Of a stretch of DNA of 64,000 bases, positions 49,101-60,409 are shown piece by piece. The DNA is from Monocercomonoides exilis PA203 (taxonomy: Eukaryota; Protista; Preaxostyla). The position numbers and the translations under genes were made by a program. Each line of letters begins with the position of its first letter. Position 1 is the stretch's first letter. The stretch covers positions 930,001 to 994,000 of the forward strand of contig LSRY02000035.1 of NCBI GenBank assembly GCA_001643675.2, in the 5' to 3' direction. The notes under the pieces were generated by a model. That model searched no databases. It saw nothing but the letters and a program-made list of their open reading frames with translations, and was not told where the DNA came from.

Positions 49101-50193
49101 TCAACGGTCTCCTGTGACACTGCCAGCGATGTTGGCGCTTGTGTTGTGATGTGTGCTGAGTACGTCGGCCGCGTGCTGATTAGCGTGCGGATTTGGATGG
49201 CAATGCGAGTGAAGAAGGCAGACGGTGAAATGAACGAAGGTGAGGAAGTGACGAGACGAATTGCCAATGCAGTTGCAGACAGAGATTGAGGAGATTTGTG
49301 AAGCGGGTTTGATAGCGGACTAGAAGTAGCACGTGGCTGTGGAAGTTCTGCCTGTGCTTGTGTTGCCATGGTGTCAAATATGGTTTTGGCTCCGCCAGGG
49401 CGCATAAGCGAAATTGAAAGAAGAGCAGTCAGGTAAGTCCTAAACCAGGCAGGAGATAAAGGAGAACTGAATAGCAAAGAAGAAAGAGTTGGAATAATGA
49501 CTGTAGGATATTCATCGTAAATTAGTGCTTTTATGTACTCAGAAATTTGAACTATTTGATTTAACAGTTCAGGATCAACTTGTGAAAGTTGCCGATCTAT
49601 TTGAGAAAATAATGTTGCTTGCTTTTTTGTTGGCTCAAATAATGAAAATGATGCTAATAGCTTTGAAAATATATACGAATGAGAAATGGAATAATGGAAT
49701 GAAGCTGATTGAAAAAATTGAAGATGAAGGCAAATAGCATCACCAAAATGTCGAGGGAACGTGAGTGATTTTAGTAAAGGATTAGAAATAAGCGAAGTGT
49801 GAATAAAATCAATAATTTTTTTAATATCGCTTGTTAAAGAAGATGCAGTCATTGAATTCTTTTCAATTTGATGGAATATGTTCTCACCTAAAAAAATATT
49901 CATATTTCTTTGTTGACGATAACAATGGAAGGCAAACCAGTTTCTTTTTGCCTTTTATTCAATGGAATTCCAACTCCAAAATCCAGCAGTGGTAAAATAA
50001 AACGGATAAACAAGGCAGATATCACGCTTCGAAGATTTTCAAAATCATTTACGGAATACAACTTTGAAAAAGACGAATCTTCGCAATTATTGTTTGGAAT
50101 GGATTCTATAAAACACTTGAATTCATCAAAGCTGCCTGAAGTCAGATTAGGAGTGACAACAAACGATGAGGCAATTGTATTCTCTTTTGTCAT
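46103..50193 (-). CDS. TANGO6: TANGO6/Rtp1 armadillo/HEAT protein
   Basis: GVGIPLNKR, LLSISLMRPGGA, LRDPIIPIRASG, EKDSFV, LRRGAALLL and DETVRGH match TANGO6/Rtp1 blocks. Two introns. Start may be 50193 or 50310. Confidence 0.8.
47903..48004 (-). repeat. Perfect (TCT)34 coding microsatellite (poly-Ser) in TANGO6
   Basis: Uninterrupted AGA x34 on the + strand. Confidence 0.95.
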
Positions 50194-50454
50194 AAAAAAA
50201 TATGGGAAAACTGAGTAGAATGGAACGATATTTTTGGTTTTATGAAAAAAAACTTTCATTTGTTCCAAACTTTTCTTGGAATAACAACACAATAAGTCTT
50301 GCATTCTCATGTTAAAAAAAATACAGAAAATTTCAAAAACAGACTTAAATATAAGAAATAATTAGTGGAACAATATTCTTTCTGCAAAATATTTCTTCCC
50401 AACTGAAAGATATCTTTTCCAATATGAATTTTTTCATAAACAAAATTTCCAAGA

Positions 50455-50682
50455 ATATATATATATATATTTGTTTGGTCCTTTTCTCTTTTTTCTTTTT
50501 CTTTTTATTTCCCTTTTCCTTTTCCTTTTCCTTTTCCTTTTTTTTTGGTTGTTGTTGTTGTTGTGAAAAATTGAGAACAAATAAAGTCAATTATCTATTG
50601 ATTTCTGATTTGTAAATAATAATAATAATTATAATAATTATAATAATTATAATTATTATAATTATTATTATTATTATTATTT
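50455..50682. repeat. Intergenic microsatellite cluster: (TA)n, (TTTTCC)n, (GTT)n, (AAT)n/(ATT)n quasi-palindrome
   Basis: Directly visible simple repeats. Confidence 0.85.
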
Positions 50683-51109
50683 GAGGAATTTGTTTTTGAA
50701 TGAAGAATTTCGTGTTTTATTCCTGTTAATGGTATTGCACCAATCAATTAACAATAAAATGAGAAGATCGAAAGATTAAGATGAATTATATTTCCTTCGG
50801 CTTAACATGAAATTTTTGATTGATGACTTGAATGTAATTGCCGAATATTTTCTGAGTGGAACAAGCTAATTAGAATCAATCAGAAAAAATTAATAGCCAA
50901 ACGCAACACCATATGAATCTCTTTTCAACTCTTTCTCGAATCTAATCAATTCAGAAACATTCCTCAATAAGGAATTTGTAAATCAAACAAAATAAACACT
51001 AACAGATAAATCAAAGCATTTTTATGGTATTCAAAACATCTTTGACAAATTCTTTAAGCATAACCAAAAATACATCAAATTCTTCATTGGACAATTGTGA
51101 ATTCGTTCA

Positions 51110-54100
51110 TTATGCGAATGAATAAAAATGAATCAAACAACCGAAATTCAATTTGTTTTCTTTCTCTTCTCCTTGCTCTCCTTCACGACTGCCCCTATCT
51201 TCTTTTTCTTTACTCTCTTCACCATCGTTCGAATTCATATCGTATTCAATTGCATCTGATAAAGTTACAACCCATCCATTTCCATTGCTCCCCTCAAATA
51301 AATTTCGCTTCAACTCAACAAGCGTTGGACGCACATTTTGCTCTTGTGTCATACAGTTCTTTGCAATATCCAAAATTTCACTCGCCTCTAACCTTTCCAA
51401 GCAAGGTCGCTCCCCATTAACTATCTTTTGCCCTGCAATTTCTGCCTCATATTCTCCAAATGGGATTTCCAGCGTCAAGCACTCCCAAAGCATCATCCCA
51501 ATTGAGAATGCCACAGATTTCTCAGTTGCTCCCATGTTCCTGTTCATCAGCAGCTCAGGCGCCTTCCACCTCAAACACTCTTTCCAGTTGCCTTCATCGT
51601 CCTCAAACGCTGATGAGGGTAGAGAATCTTCATCATCATTGCCACTGGCAGATGTCACAATAGTTGATGAAGAGATGGAAGAAGAGTCGGAATCTGATGA
51701 ACAGTCAGAGTGCAAAGCGATGCAAATTACCATGTGCTCTGAAAAGAGTACAATATGGGGACTCAAGTTTGACAAGGAGGGAAGTTCATCTTCCTCATCT
51801 TCAAACGAGTGGAGTGCTCCGTTCGCCACCCAGAATAAAACCTGTGCCGCTGTTTGTTCTCTCTCCTTTAATGAACCAATTGCTATTTCCTTTGTCTTAT
51901 TCAGCCCATGCAATAACATGAACAGCGAATCCCTCAGATCCACAATCAATTTCTCGTGAGGCGATGAGCATGCCATTGCATCTACCAGATTCGACATCGA
52001 TGAGGTGGTTGGACACAAATCCTCCCCTCGAACAAATGTAGAATCTGAATCAGTTGAACAAGTGGATGAAATGGATGGCGAAGGAGTTCTATTTCTAACC
52101 TTTTCCTCTTCAACCTTTTCCAATGCCCATTGAGGGATCTTGTCTGAATCCTTTCCAAGAATACATTCAGTTGATCCACTCTCGGATAGAAGATGCTCTG
52201 ATGATTCTGAATGTTGCATATTCGTGTCATATACCCTCTTCTTTATCCTCTCCTCATTCTTCTTCTCTGCCTCCTTCTCTGCTCTCCTCCACTGCTCTTC
52301 TGGCGACATCTCCATCGTCACCATCTCAAATACCTTTGGATCTTTTCTGATATTATCATTCACAATCTCTCTCAGATCTTCTGCTTCATTCTTAACCTTC
52401 TTCCACCGAACAATAAATATTATGGATACAATAAGAACAATTAGTAATATGATACCCATGACAATCACAATTAACAACCAATACGATTTTCCTTCATTTC
52501 CTCCTTCAACAATATTTCCCTCTCCCTTTGAGCCACTCTCGCTCCCGTTCTTCAAAAGAAATCCAACTGTTGACGAGGAGGCTTCCTTGTTTCCAAACAG
52601 AATCGACACTGAAACTTCTGTTTCAGGGGGTGCATCTGCAACAACAGACAAGGGCACTTTGCCATCCACCTCACTCTCATCCACAAATCCAGAATCTTCA
52701 AACACATAATGGTCGATAACTTCCACATCGTTTGTCAGCGATATCACGCGGAATGACAGGTTGCATGGAAGCAAAAGCGATCCCTTGAAAATGAGCCTCA
52801 GGTTGTTTCCAGCTTTTTCCACTTCAACATTTCGAAGTGTTGGGATGAAGAACGGAGATGCTCGTTCTTTCGCAACTCCTTCCAGTTCACACCCTTCATT
52901 CAGAATCCACAGCGATGTGTTATCTTTTATTCCATCTCCACCCTTCACACTCACAATCAATTGCGCAGAATCCGAGCACTTCACATTTCTTCGAACAGAT
53001 GTATATCCCTCAATCGATGGGTTGTTGTTCTCAAACTCTCCTTTCTCAATCTTCAAACTGCCTCCCCTCATGCTCAATCCTCCTCTTTTGCAATTTCGAA
53101 TTGTTGTTTCCTTCATCTCCACATGGCTCTTCTCCATTTCAATCATTGATCCATTCCATTGGCATATCTCTTCTCCTTTCATTGTCTCATTTCTTTTCTT
53201 TCTCACTTCTTCGTTTCCCTCCCCATCAAACGCACACATCTCGATTTCAACATTTGCACTTTCTATTATCTCCACCATCATCCCTTTCTCCTTCGAATTC
53301 GAACATCCCTCAAACGAGCTGTTCAAAACTCTCACCAACTCCTTTGCTCCATCCATCTTCATCACACCTCCCTCATCCTCCACAGAAATGTTCTTTACTG
53401 TCATTTCTTTCACCTCCACTGCTGCTTTGCCTCCAACAACAACAACATCTCCTTCACACACAATGTTTGAGAGGCTTGTTTCATCCAGTGCCACCCTCGA
53501 TTCTTCACAAAATATCAACAATGGTGCTGATGAGTGCAAATCTCTGAACATTGTTTCTTCCATTTTCAATTCTCCACTTTCCACTCTCACAATCGAGCAC
53601 TCAAGCCTCTGCTCCCGTTCAGATGATCCAAATGCACATTCACAAATCTCCAACCTTCCATTCTTCACTTTCATCATGCTCCTGTGCTTCGCTTCAAATC
53701 CTCCTCCAAACACAAACAAGCACTTCTCCACAACACACTCATCCACAAACACCACAATGCTCTTCTCACTCCATATTTCATCAATCGTTCCATTCAGATG
53801 GATTGCCGCCTCACTTCTTTTCATCGAAGTTATTCTCGCATCTCCAATCTCGCATTCTCCCCCAATCATCCCTTCTTCCTCAATCACAATGGCATTCATG
53901 ATCCCTCTTTGAATGTGTTTTGCTGCATTGTTGATGCTCTGGCATGGATCATCCAGTGATCCACATTGTCTGCCATCTGCTCCATTCACATTCACAAACA
54001 CTTGAATGCCATAATAGAACTTGATCAGAGGAATCAGATCAACATCAACCCTGTTGATCTCATCTCTCCCATAAATCGAGTTGTTCGATTTCAGTGCTTC

Positions 54101-57100
54101 CTGGTTGAAATCAAGCACAAACAGTGTTTCGTTGATCTGCTTTTCAATCGAGTGGCATCGAATGAACACATCCTTCCCCACAAACGCTTCATTCATCCCA
54201 AACCGGATGTTCTCCATCATCAACCCAAGTGATCCAAATGCATTGCCGGCTGGCTCATTCAGATCGACTCCATCAACCATCACTCCTCCACCATATCCAT
54301 TCACTTTCGAGCATTTGCACATCGAAAATGAACTGTCATTTATTCTCAAGAATGATTCTCCACTTTTCAGCACCACTTTCATCCCTCCTCCTTCCTCGCT
54401 ATTCTCGCTTTTGCAATTCATTATTGAGCACGATTCAACCATACACTCCATCCCTTCTGAAAATGTTCCCACACTCAATACCCCCGCCCCATTTTCTCCA
54501 AATGTGATGTTTGTGAATGAACAGTTCACAAATCTCAATTCTTGTTTGTCGTTTATGAGACAATCAATTCTCTCTCCTTTCAATTTTGCTTTTTCTGTTT
54601 CTCTATTTGTCTTTCCAGCCACAGTCATCGAAATCATGCTTCTTTCCATCACTTCAGCATTCGTGATATTCACATCCTCAACAATCACCTGAGTTACAAT
54701 TGGGCTGAAACTGATGAACCCTTTCAATTCACCAATCATATTCAAAATGCATCTCTGAATCATGGCGCTCCCTCCATTCACTCTCATCAAGCAATATCCT
54801 GCGATCTCTGTCATTCCATTCATTGAGCCATATGAGCAATCCACAACAGATAGACAGGCATTTGTTCCTGATGATTCGATCAATATCTCATGTTGTGTGT
54901 TCATAGTTGGCTTGGTGAATGAAACATTGGCAAACGACAAACTCATATTCGACAATATCATTGAGTCATTCAAATCATTCTCGTCTTCATCACTGATAAT
55001 CACTGCTGTCCCTTTCTTTGTTCCTTCAATCACAACTTGTGGCAACTCTGAATCTTGTGAATCTGGTGGCGATGAGGAAGAAAATGATATGGAATGGCTC
55101 AGCAACCCTGATCCCATAATGGCAATATGCATTTCCCCTTCTCCAAGCGTTGAATATCGAAGTGATATCAAGTGGTCAATCGATGAACATGGTGCTTCTG
55201 AATATCCACACCCACTGAAGTCTCCTCCTCCATCTTTCGAAACATACCCATTTCCACTCCAGTTGCTCCACAAATACACAACAAGTGGAATCACGTATCC
55301 CTCTTCTCCTGTTGTCTTCATCTCCCATCCACACAACTCATCCAACGATCCCAACTCCTCATCACTCATCTTCCATTTCAAGTGCTCCTTATTCACAATC
55401 TCACTCAGATCCCATCCAGAAACAAAAGCATTCTTCCCTTTCCAAGCGTTGCATCCCTCAAATTCTATTCCTTCGAGCACAAATGATTCCATCGCATCTG
55501 ACAATTCAACAAACATCCCTCCTCCCATCCCTCTCCCTCCATTCTCAGCATCCTCTGATGGAACTTCACATTCAGATAAATTCACATTATTCATTTCCAA
55601 GCTCCCTCCCTTCCCCACTGATATCATCATCCCTCCTCCTTTCATCTCATTTCCACTTGAGCAGGTTGAAGAAAAATTGCATTCTTCAACTTTTGCGCTT
55701 CCTCCTTCATTCATCCCAATATTCAAACATCCCCCTCCTCCACTTCCACCTGCCACATTCACCTCCACTCCATTCACTCTGCTGTTCTTCAATTCCAATT
55801 GAGCTCCACTTGTCATCGTTATTGGTGATTTCCCATTCATTGTCAGTGTCACTCCACTTTCCATCACAAATCCATCAATAATCAGATTCCCTCCTGTCAT
55901 GTCAATGATGCTGTATCCTATCTTTCCATCTGTCATTGCCCCGCCCTCAAATGAGACTGAACAGTTCGTCACACTGAGTGTTGTTGTTGAGTGAATGAAT
56001 GCACTTCTCCTCGAATTCAACTGACCTTTCACAACAAATGAAAGTCTCCTCATTGCCAGTGAACTCGAGCATCCAACAAGCCAGTCTTGTGTGGCTGATC
56101 CTCCATCACTCACATTCACTCCCATCCTCCCACCCTCTGATGATGAAGATGACACTATTCTGCCTGAAATTATCACACCAAATGATGGTCCTGCTATTTC
56201 ATTGGTTATTGACGAAGATGAGACAACCTCAATTTCTTTTGAACTTTCACTCAATCTCGAGTTCGCACAATAATCAACTGTCAAACACCTGAATCCATCA
56301 AATCCACAGTGACTATGATCCATCCCATTTCCTCCACTCCCATCAACAATCACCATTGCCCCCATTGTACACAAATACACAAACAGCGGAATCACTTCAT
56401 TTTCATCCCCATTTTCACTCCCACTCAGTTTCAATGCATCTGATGGAATGGTGCTTGTGTCAAAAAAGGCAAATGAGCTGGTATTCACTTTTGACTCCAA
56501 AAACACACCACTCCCACAATCAACAAACACATCCTTCCCATATGAGGCCATATTCCCATGATCTTTCGAAAACTTCACATTATGTTCAATTGTCGATCCA
56601 CATCCCTCGCTTTCCATCATCACAAACATCCCTCCTCCTCTTGTTCCTCTCCCTCCATTATTCTCCGCCTTATTCCCATCAATCACGCTCATTCCATTCA
56701 CAACCACTTTTCCATTTCCCTTCAATTCAACACACATTCCTCCTCCTTTTCCACCACCACAACTGCACCCATTCACATTGCATCCATCAACAGTCAACAT
56801 TCCACTCCCTCCAACTGTTCCTTTCATCCATCCTCCATCTCCCTCATTCTTCACAACTCCACTGATATTGCATCCTGAACAAATCACACTCGCCATTCCT
56901 TCACAAAATTCAATCGCTGAATGAGCTCCAAACACAAGTGCTTCTCCAATCACAAATCGTTCCATTTTTAGACTCCCACCTTGCACAATCACAATGCTGT
57001 ATCCAAAGGCCACACTCGATGAGCTCTCTGACATATGAGCAACTGAGCAGTCTGTGAGTGTGAGTGATGAGCTGGTCAAAGCAATGAGTGATGTTGCACT

Positions 57101-60100
57101 CGATAACGAAAATGGAATTTGGAACGCAATGTTCTTTATTGAACTCGCACTCTCAACATTTATCAAATACGAAGTTGTCATTCCACTCGGCACCTTCACA
57201 TTCACATTCGTCTTGTTAATCCCACAATACACCTCCCATTCATATGACCCTGCCATCGACACAACTTCTCCCAGCTCAAACTCAGGATCCAACACAATAT
57301 TCTTCTTTGACGAGCTAAATCTATTCTGTGCTGCCTTTGTGATCGTTTTGCATGGAAAATACCCAAACCCACAAAACCACGAGTCATATCCTCCAAACCC
57401 ATTCACCTCCTTCCCCACATGTGCTGCTCCTGAAAATGCATCCAAAAACACATTCAATGGGAATATTCCCATCCCTTCCTCATTCCGGTCATATCCCATC
57501 AGCTCATCATAAATCGATGCATTGTGTCCAACATTCAGCTTTACGGCTGTTATTGTTCCACTTGTCATCCAACTCCCATTCACAAACACATCTTTCCCTC
57601 CCAATGTTGCACTGCAACCAACAAAGTTCACTGATGATATCGCAAAATCAAATGAGCTATCTGTCAGCCATAGCATCACCCCTCCTCCATATCCACTGCT
57701 CCTACACTGTTTGAACGCTGTTGATCCTCCACTGTGCGATGTTGATGTTCCAATTCGAGCTTTGCTTGTCGAAGACGCTAACTCAATCTTTATACCACCT
57801 CCATTCCCATTCACGCATTCACATCCTTCTATTGTTGTGTTCCACACCACAAATGTCTCTCCTCCCTTTACACTTTTTGCAATCACAACCCCATCACCTG
57901 TTGTCCGATTCACATTCCGAATTGTCAAATTCCCCAGCACACTCTCTCCTGATGTTAATCCTGCTGATGATGGTTCAGAAAATAGAGGTTGACTCATTTT
58001 CATATTTTTAATCTCAACTGCACTAATCTTCAGCTGCCTCAACGCAACTTCAAACACAGATGCTGAAATAACACTTCCTCCAGTTGGACCTAAGATCACC
58101 ACCTCCTCCAGCAAAAGTGATCCACTCCCCACAGACACCAAAAATACACTCGGCGATGAGCTTCTTGCCACATTGTGGTCGATCTCCACATGCCCCACCT
58201 CCAGTTGCCCACTCGTCACGCTGAATAGTGTTGTCGAAGAGGTCGAAAGCGCACTCGTCCCAATCACACTCACCTCCCTCCCTTTCCCATCAATCGAAAT
58301 CTTCTTTTCCCCAACACTGATTGTTGTCCCCTCACTCTCATGCCTTCCACCCAGCACTGTGATTGCCGAGCTCAGCTGTGCCATGCTCGAACTAACTGCA
58401 TGCCCCACTGTCTTGCACGGCGCTGCCTCACTCATCCCACACAGATTGCTCGTGTCATCTCCACTCACCCCAACATATCTATCCTTCATCCCCTCCTTCA
58501 GCCAATCCTTCTTTTGTGTTTCCTGAAAAGTATTATTTAAATAGCACACTCTTTTTTCATTTGCATTCGTTGTGTAAGATTCATAGAATGGGTTGTTCGA
58601 TGAAAAGAGATTGTATCGATCTTCAAAATACACATCATGGCCATATGGAGTGGAAGCGTTGCAACTGCAATCGTGAAAGAAAAAGAAATAGCAATAAATG
58701 TTGTTGCTTGGAGCTGTTGATTGACTTGGAGCAAAACACAATCCTCCGCCAGTTGATGTTGCGTTGCACGAAATGAACTGTAGGCTCCTCAATTTGAATG
58801 CAGATGGAACACCATAGCAATACATCCCTCCACCATTATTATTTGTAAGATAGCACGAAGTGAAGAAACACTCAAACACACAAGCACTCTCTCCTTTGCC
58901 ACTTTCTGTTCCAATACAGGCAGTTCCAGAAACATTAAAATTATAAAGATGAATCCCTCCTCCATAATTATTTCCAATGCAGTTCTGGAATTCGCAACCA
59001 CTTATCCTAATGCAAGCCGAAATTAAATAAGCATATATCCCTCCTCCACCATATCTATCAGCTGTACATGCATTGAATGAATTGTTTTCAATCTTGATTG
59101 AACTGATCGAACGGCTCATTATTCCTCCACCATAAGAACGTGCAAAGCAATCATTGAATGAGCAACATTTCACTGAAAGTGTTCCTGATGCCAGATTATA
59201 TATGAAAATAGCTCCTCCATTTGAAGCTCCATCTGTATAACCGAGACTTGTCCCTGTTGTTTTCGAGCCATTCCATTCGCACCAGGTGAAAATGTTCGCT
59301 TCATCAGCTGTTTCATTCTGTCTTCCTGGCTTTGATGGATTCTCTTCGCTTCCAATGAACTCAACATTTTTCGTTCTGAGGCATCCAACAAAAGAGGCAT
59401 TCGAGGCAGTCAACGAAGATGATCGTAAGTTGATCGATCTCACAATCCCTCCATCATACGCATCGCAAACTGATGAAAATGAGCAGCTGCTCATCGTGCA
59501 TTCGCTCTCACAAAAGGAAGGGCTCAGCAACGAAGATTCAGTTGGCTTGGTGGAAATATTGAAAACCACCAAATCCGAAAGTGAAACACCTCCAATTGAT
59601 GCAGACCCCAAAAATGGTGCAGATGACAGGCAAAATGAAGAGAAACACGATGAAGCGACAGCAACACGGCAATGATCTGCTTTTTCGTTCTCAACAGCAT
59701 TTGACGAAAAAAGTGGTGGGGCATCAAATGAAAGCAGACTTGATGGGATCAGAGTGATGTTTTCAACAATTCCACAGCTTTCAATGAGTTCGAGTGGGGA
59801 TGTCCCACAGCCGACAGCAACCTCACATCCCCTCAAAACAGCATGACTCCTTTCCTTTCCACAAATCACAGACTTTCCATTCACACATCCCAAACTCAGC
59901 CCTTTCCATCCAACTGAGCTGTTCTTCAAAACAAAATTTCCTTTCAAAAAACATTCTCCAATTTCCATGTTGTTTGTCTGTTGCCCTGAAGTGCCCTCGT
60001 CAGAATGTTCTTTATTTGTTTTCATGTGGCTCCTTTTTTCATTCCAAAGCTCCTTCCCTTCGTTGTTTTCTCTATTTTTTCCGGATTTGCTTTTCATATC

Positions 60101-60334
60101 CGTATTTTCCTTCTCGATTCTGCCTTCAAATGTTGCATGTGCCTCAAAATAATTGTGACTATCGCTTTTGCCAATTGATTCTTTTCTGGGGAAAACTTCA
60201 ATTTGTGCAGGAATCGTTTTTTCGCTTTTTGAACAGCCAGTTTCAGACATATCTTCGAATCCTGTGTAACTGTTCACATGTTTGCATCCAATGTTCCATT
60301 CAATCACAGCCAACAAAAATGTCGATATATGCAT
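51110..60334 (-). CDS. Giant intronless receptor-like pseudokinase (copy 2), paralog of 4811-13999
   Basis: 3074-aa ORF, collinear and mostly identical to copy 1 at an offset of about 46,335 bp. It differs in discrete patches, the TM helix and the C-terminus. Confidence 0.9.
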   Translation of the reverse strand: MHISTFLLAVIEWNIGCKHVNSYTGFEDMSETGCSKSEKTIPAQIEVFPRKESIGKSDSHNYFEAHATFEGRIEKENTDMKSKSGKNRENNEGKELWNEKRSHMKTNKEHSDEGTSGQQTNNMEIGECFLKGNFVLKNSSVGWKGLSLGCVNGKSVICGKERSHAVLRGCEVAVGCGTSPLELIESCGIVENITLIPSSLLSFDAPPLFSSNAVENEKADHCRVAVASSCFSSFCLSSAPFLGSASIGGVSLSDLVVFNISTKPTESSLLSPSFCESECTMSSCSFSSVCDAYDGGIVRSINLRSSSLTASNASFVGCLRTKNVEFIGSEENPSKPGRQNETADEANIFTWCEWNGSKTTGTSLGYTDGASNGGAIFIYNLASGTLSVKCCSFNDCFARSYGGGIMSRSISSIKIENNSFNACTADRYGGGGIYAYLISACIRISGCEFQNCIGNNYGGGIHLYNFNVSGTACIGTESGKGESACVFECFFTSCYLTNNNGGGMYCYGVPSAFKLRSLQFISCNATSTGGGLCFAPSQSTAPSNNIYCYFFFFHDCSCNASTPYGHDVYFEDRYNLFSSNNPFYESYTTNANEKRVCYLNNTFQETQKKDWLKEGMKDRYVGVSGDDTSNLCGMSEAAPCKTVGHAVSSSMAQLSSAITVLGGRHESEGTTISVGEKKISIDGKGREVSVIGTSALSTSSTTLFSVTSGQLEVGHVEIDHNVARSSSPSVFLVSVGSGSLLLEEVVILGPTGGSVISASVFEVALRQLKISAVEIKNMKMSQPLFSEPSSAGLTSGESVLGNLTIRNVNRTTGDGVVIAKSVKGGETFVVWNTTIEGCECVNGNGGGIKIELASSTSKARIGTSTSHSGGSTAFKQCRSSGYGGGVMLWLTDSSFDFAISSVNFVGCSATLGGKDVFVNGSWMTSGTITAVKLNVGHNASIYDELMGYDRNEEGMGIFPLNVFLDAFSGAAHVGKEVNGFGGYDSWFCGFGYFPCKTITKAAQNRFSSSKKNIVLDPEFELGEVVSMAGSYEWEVYCGINKTNVNVKVPSGMTTSYLINVESASSIKNIAFQIPFSLSSATSLIALTSSSLTLTDCSVAHMSESSSSVAFGYSIVIVQGGSLKMERFVIGEALVFGAHSAIEFCEGMASVICSGCNISGVVKNEGDGGWMKGTVGGSGMLTVDGCNVNGCSCGGGKGGGMCVELKGNGKVVVNGMSVIDGNKAENNGGRGTRGGGMFVMMESEGCGSTIEHNVKFSKDHGNMASYGKDVFVDCGSGVFLESKVNTSSFAFFDTSTIPSDALKLSGSENGDENEVIPLFVYLCTMGAMVIVDGSGGNGMDHSHCGFDGFRCLTVDYCANSRLSESSKEIEVVSSSSITNEIAGPSFGVIISGRIVSSSSSEGGRMGVNVSDGGSATQDWLVGCSSSLAMRRLSFVVKGQLNSRRSAFIHSTTTLSVTNCSVSFEGGAMTDGKIGYSIIDMTGGNLIIDGFVMESGVTLTMNGKSPITMTSGAQLELKNSRVNGVEVNVAGGSGGGGCLNIGMNEGGSAKVEECNFSSTCSSGNEMKGGGMMISVGKGGSLEMNNVNLSECEVPSEDAENGGRGMGGGMFVELSDAMESFVLEGIEFEGCNAWKGKNAFVSGWDLSEIVNKEHLKWKMSDEELGSLDELCGWEMKTTGEEGYVIPLVVYLWSNWSGNGYVSKDGGGDFSGCGYSEAPCSSIDHLISLRYSTLGEGEMHIAIMGSGLLSHSISFSSSSPPDSQDSELPQVVIEGTKKGTAVIISDEDENDLNDSMILSNMSLSFANVSFTKPTMNTQHEILIESSGTNACLSVVDCSYGSMNGMTEIAGYCLMRVNGGSAMIQRCILNMIGELKGFISFSPIVTQVIVEDVNITNAEVMERSMISMTVAGKTNRETEKAKLKGERIDCLINDKQELRFVNCSFTNITFGENGAGVLSVGTFSEGMECMVESCSIMNCKSENSEEGGGMKVVLKSGESFLRINDSSFSMCKCSKVNGYGGGVMVDGVDLNEPAGNAFGSLGLMMENIRFGMNEAFVGKDVFIRCHSIEKQINETLFVLDFNQEALKSNNSIYGRDEINRVDVDLIPLIKFYYGIQVFVNVNGADGRQCGSLDDPCQSINNAAKHIQRGIMNAIVIEEEGMIGGECEIGDARITSMKRSEAAIHLNGTIDEIWSEKSIVVFVDECVVEKCLFVFGGGFEAKHRSMMKVKNGRLEICECAFGSSEREQRLECSIVRVESGELKMEETMFRDLHSSAPLLIFCEESRVALDETSLSNIVCEGDVVVVGGKAAVEVKEMTVKNISVEDEGGVMKMDGAKELVRVLNSSFEGCSNSKEKGMMVEIIESANVEIEMCAFDGEGNEEVRKKRNETMKGEEICQWNGSMIEMEKSHVEMKETTIRNCKRGGLSMRGGSLKIEKGEFENNNPSIEGYTSVRRNVKCSDSAQLIVSVKGGDGIKDNTSLWILNEGCELEGVAKERASPFFIPTLRNVEVEKAGNNLRLIFKGSLLLPCNLSFRVISLTNDVEVIDHYVFEDSGFVDESEVDGKVPLSVVADAPPETEVSVSILFGNKEASSSTVGFLLKNGSESGSKGEGNIVEGGNEGKSYWLLIVIVMGIILLIVLIVSIIFIVRWKKVKNEAEDLREIVNDNIRKDPKVFEMVTMEMSPEEQWRRAEKEAEKKNEERIKKRVYDTNMQHSESSEHLLSESGSTECILGKDSDKIPQWALEKVEEEKVRNRTPSPSISSTCSTDSDSTFVRGEDLCPTTSSMSNLVDAMACSSPHEKLIVDLRDSLFMLLHGLNKTKEIAIGSLKEREQTAAQVLFWVANGALHSFEDEEDELPSLSNLSPHIVLFSEHMVICIALHSDCSSDSDSSSISSSTIVTSASGNDDEDSLPSSAFEDDEGNWKECLRWKAPELLMNRNMGATEKSVAFSIGMMLWECLTLEIPFGEYEAEIAGQKIVNGERPCLERLEASEILDIAKNCMTQEQNVRPTLVELKRNLFEGSNGNGWVVTLSDAIEYDMNSNDGEESKEKEDRGSREGEQGEEKENKLNFGCLIHFYSFA

Positions 60335-60409
60335 TTTTGGTGAGATATGCTGGTTTTTATTTTTCTTGATCTGATTATTTTATTATAGGTCATATTTTGA
60401 TCTTTCAAC

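Noticed and set aside
41435-50218. + strand ORFs with poly-E/K/R and the poly-Leu ORF at 47833-48105
   Set aside because: Alternative-frame or antisense readings of TCT/GAA repeats inside importin and TANGO6.
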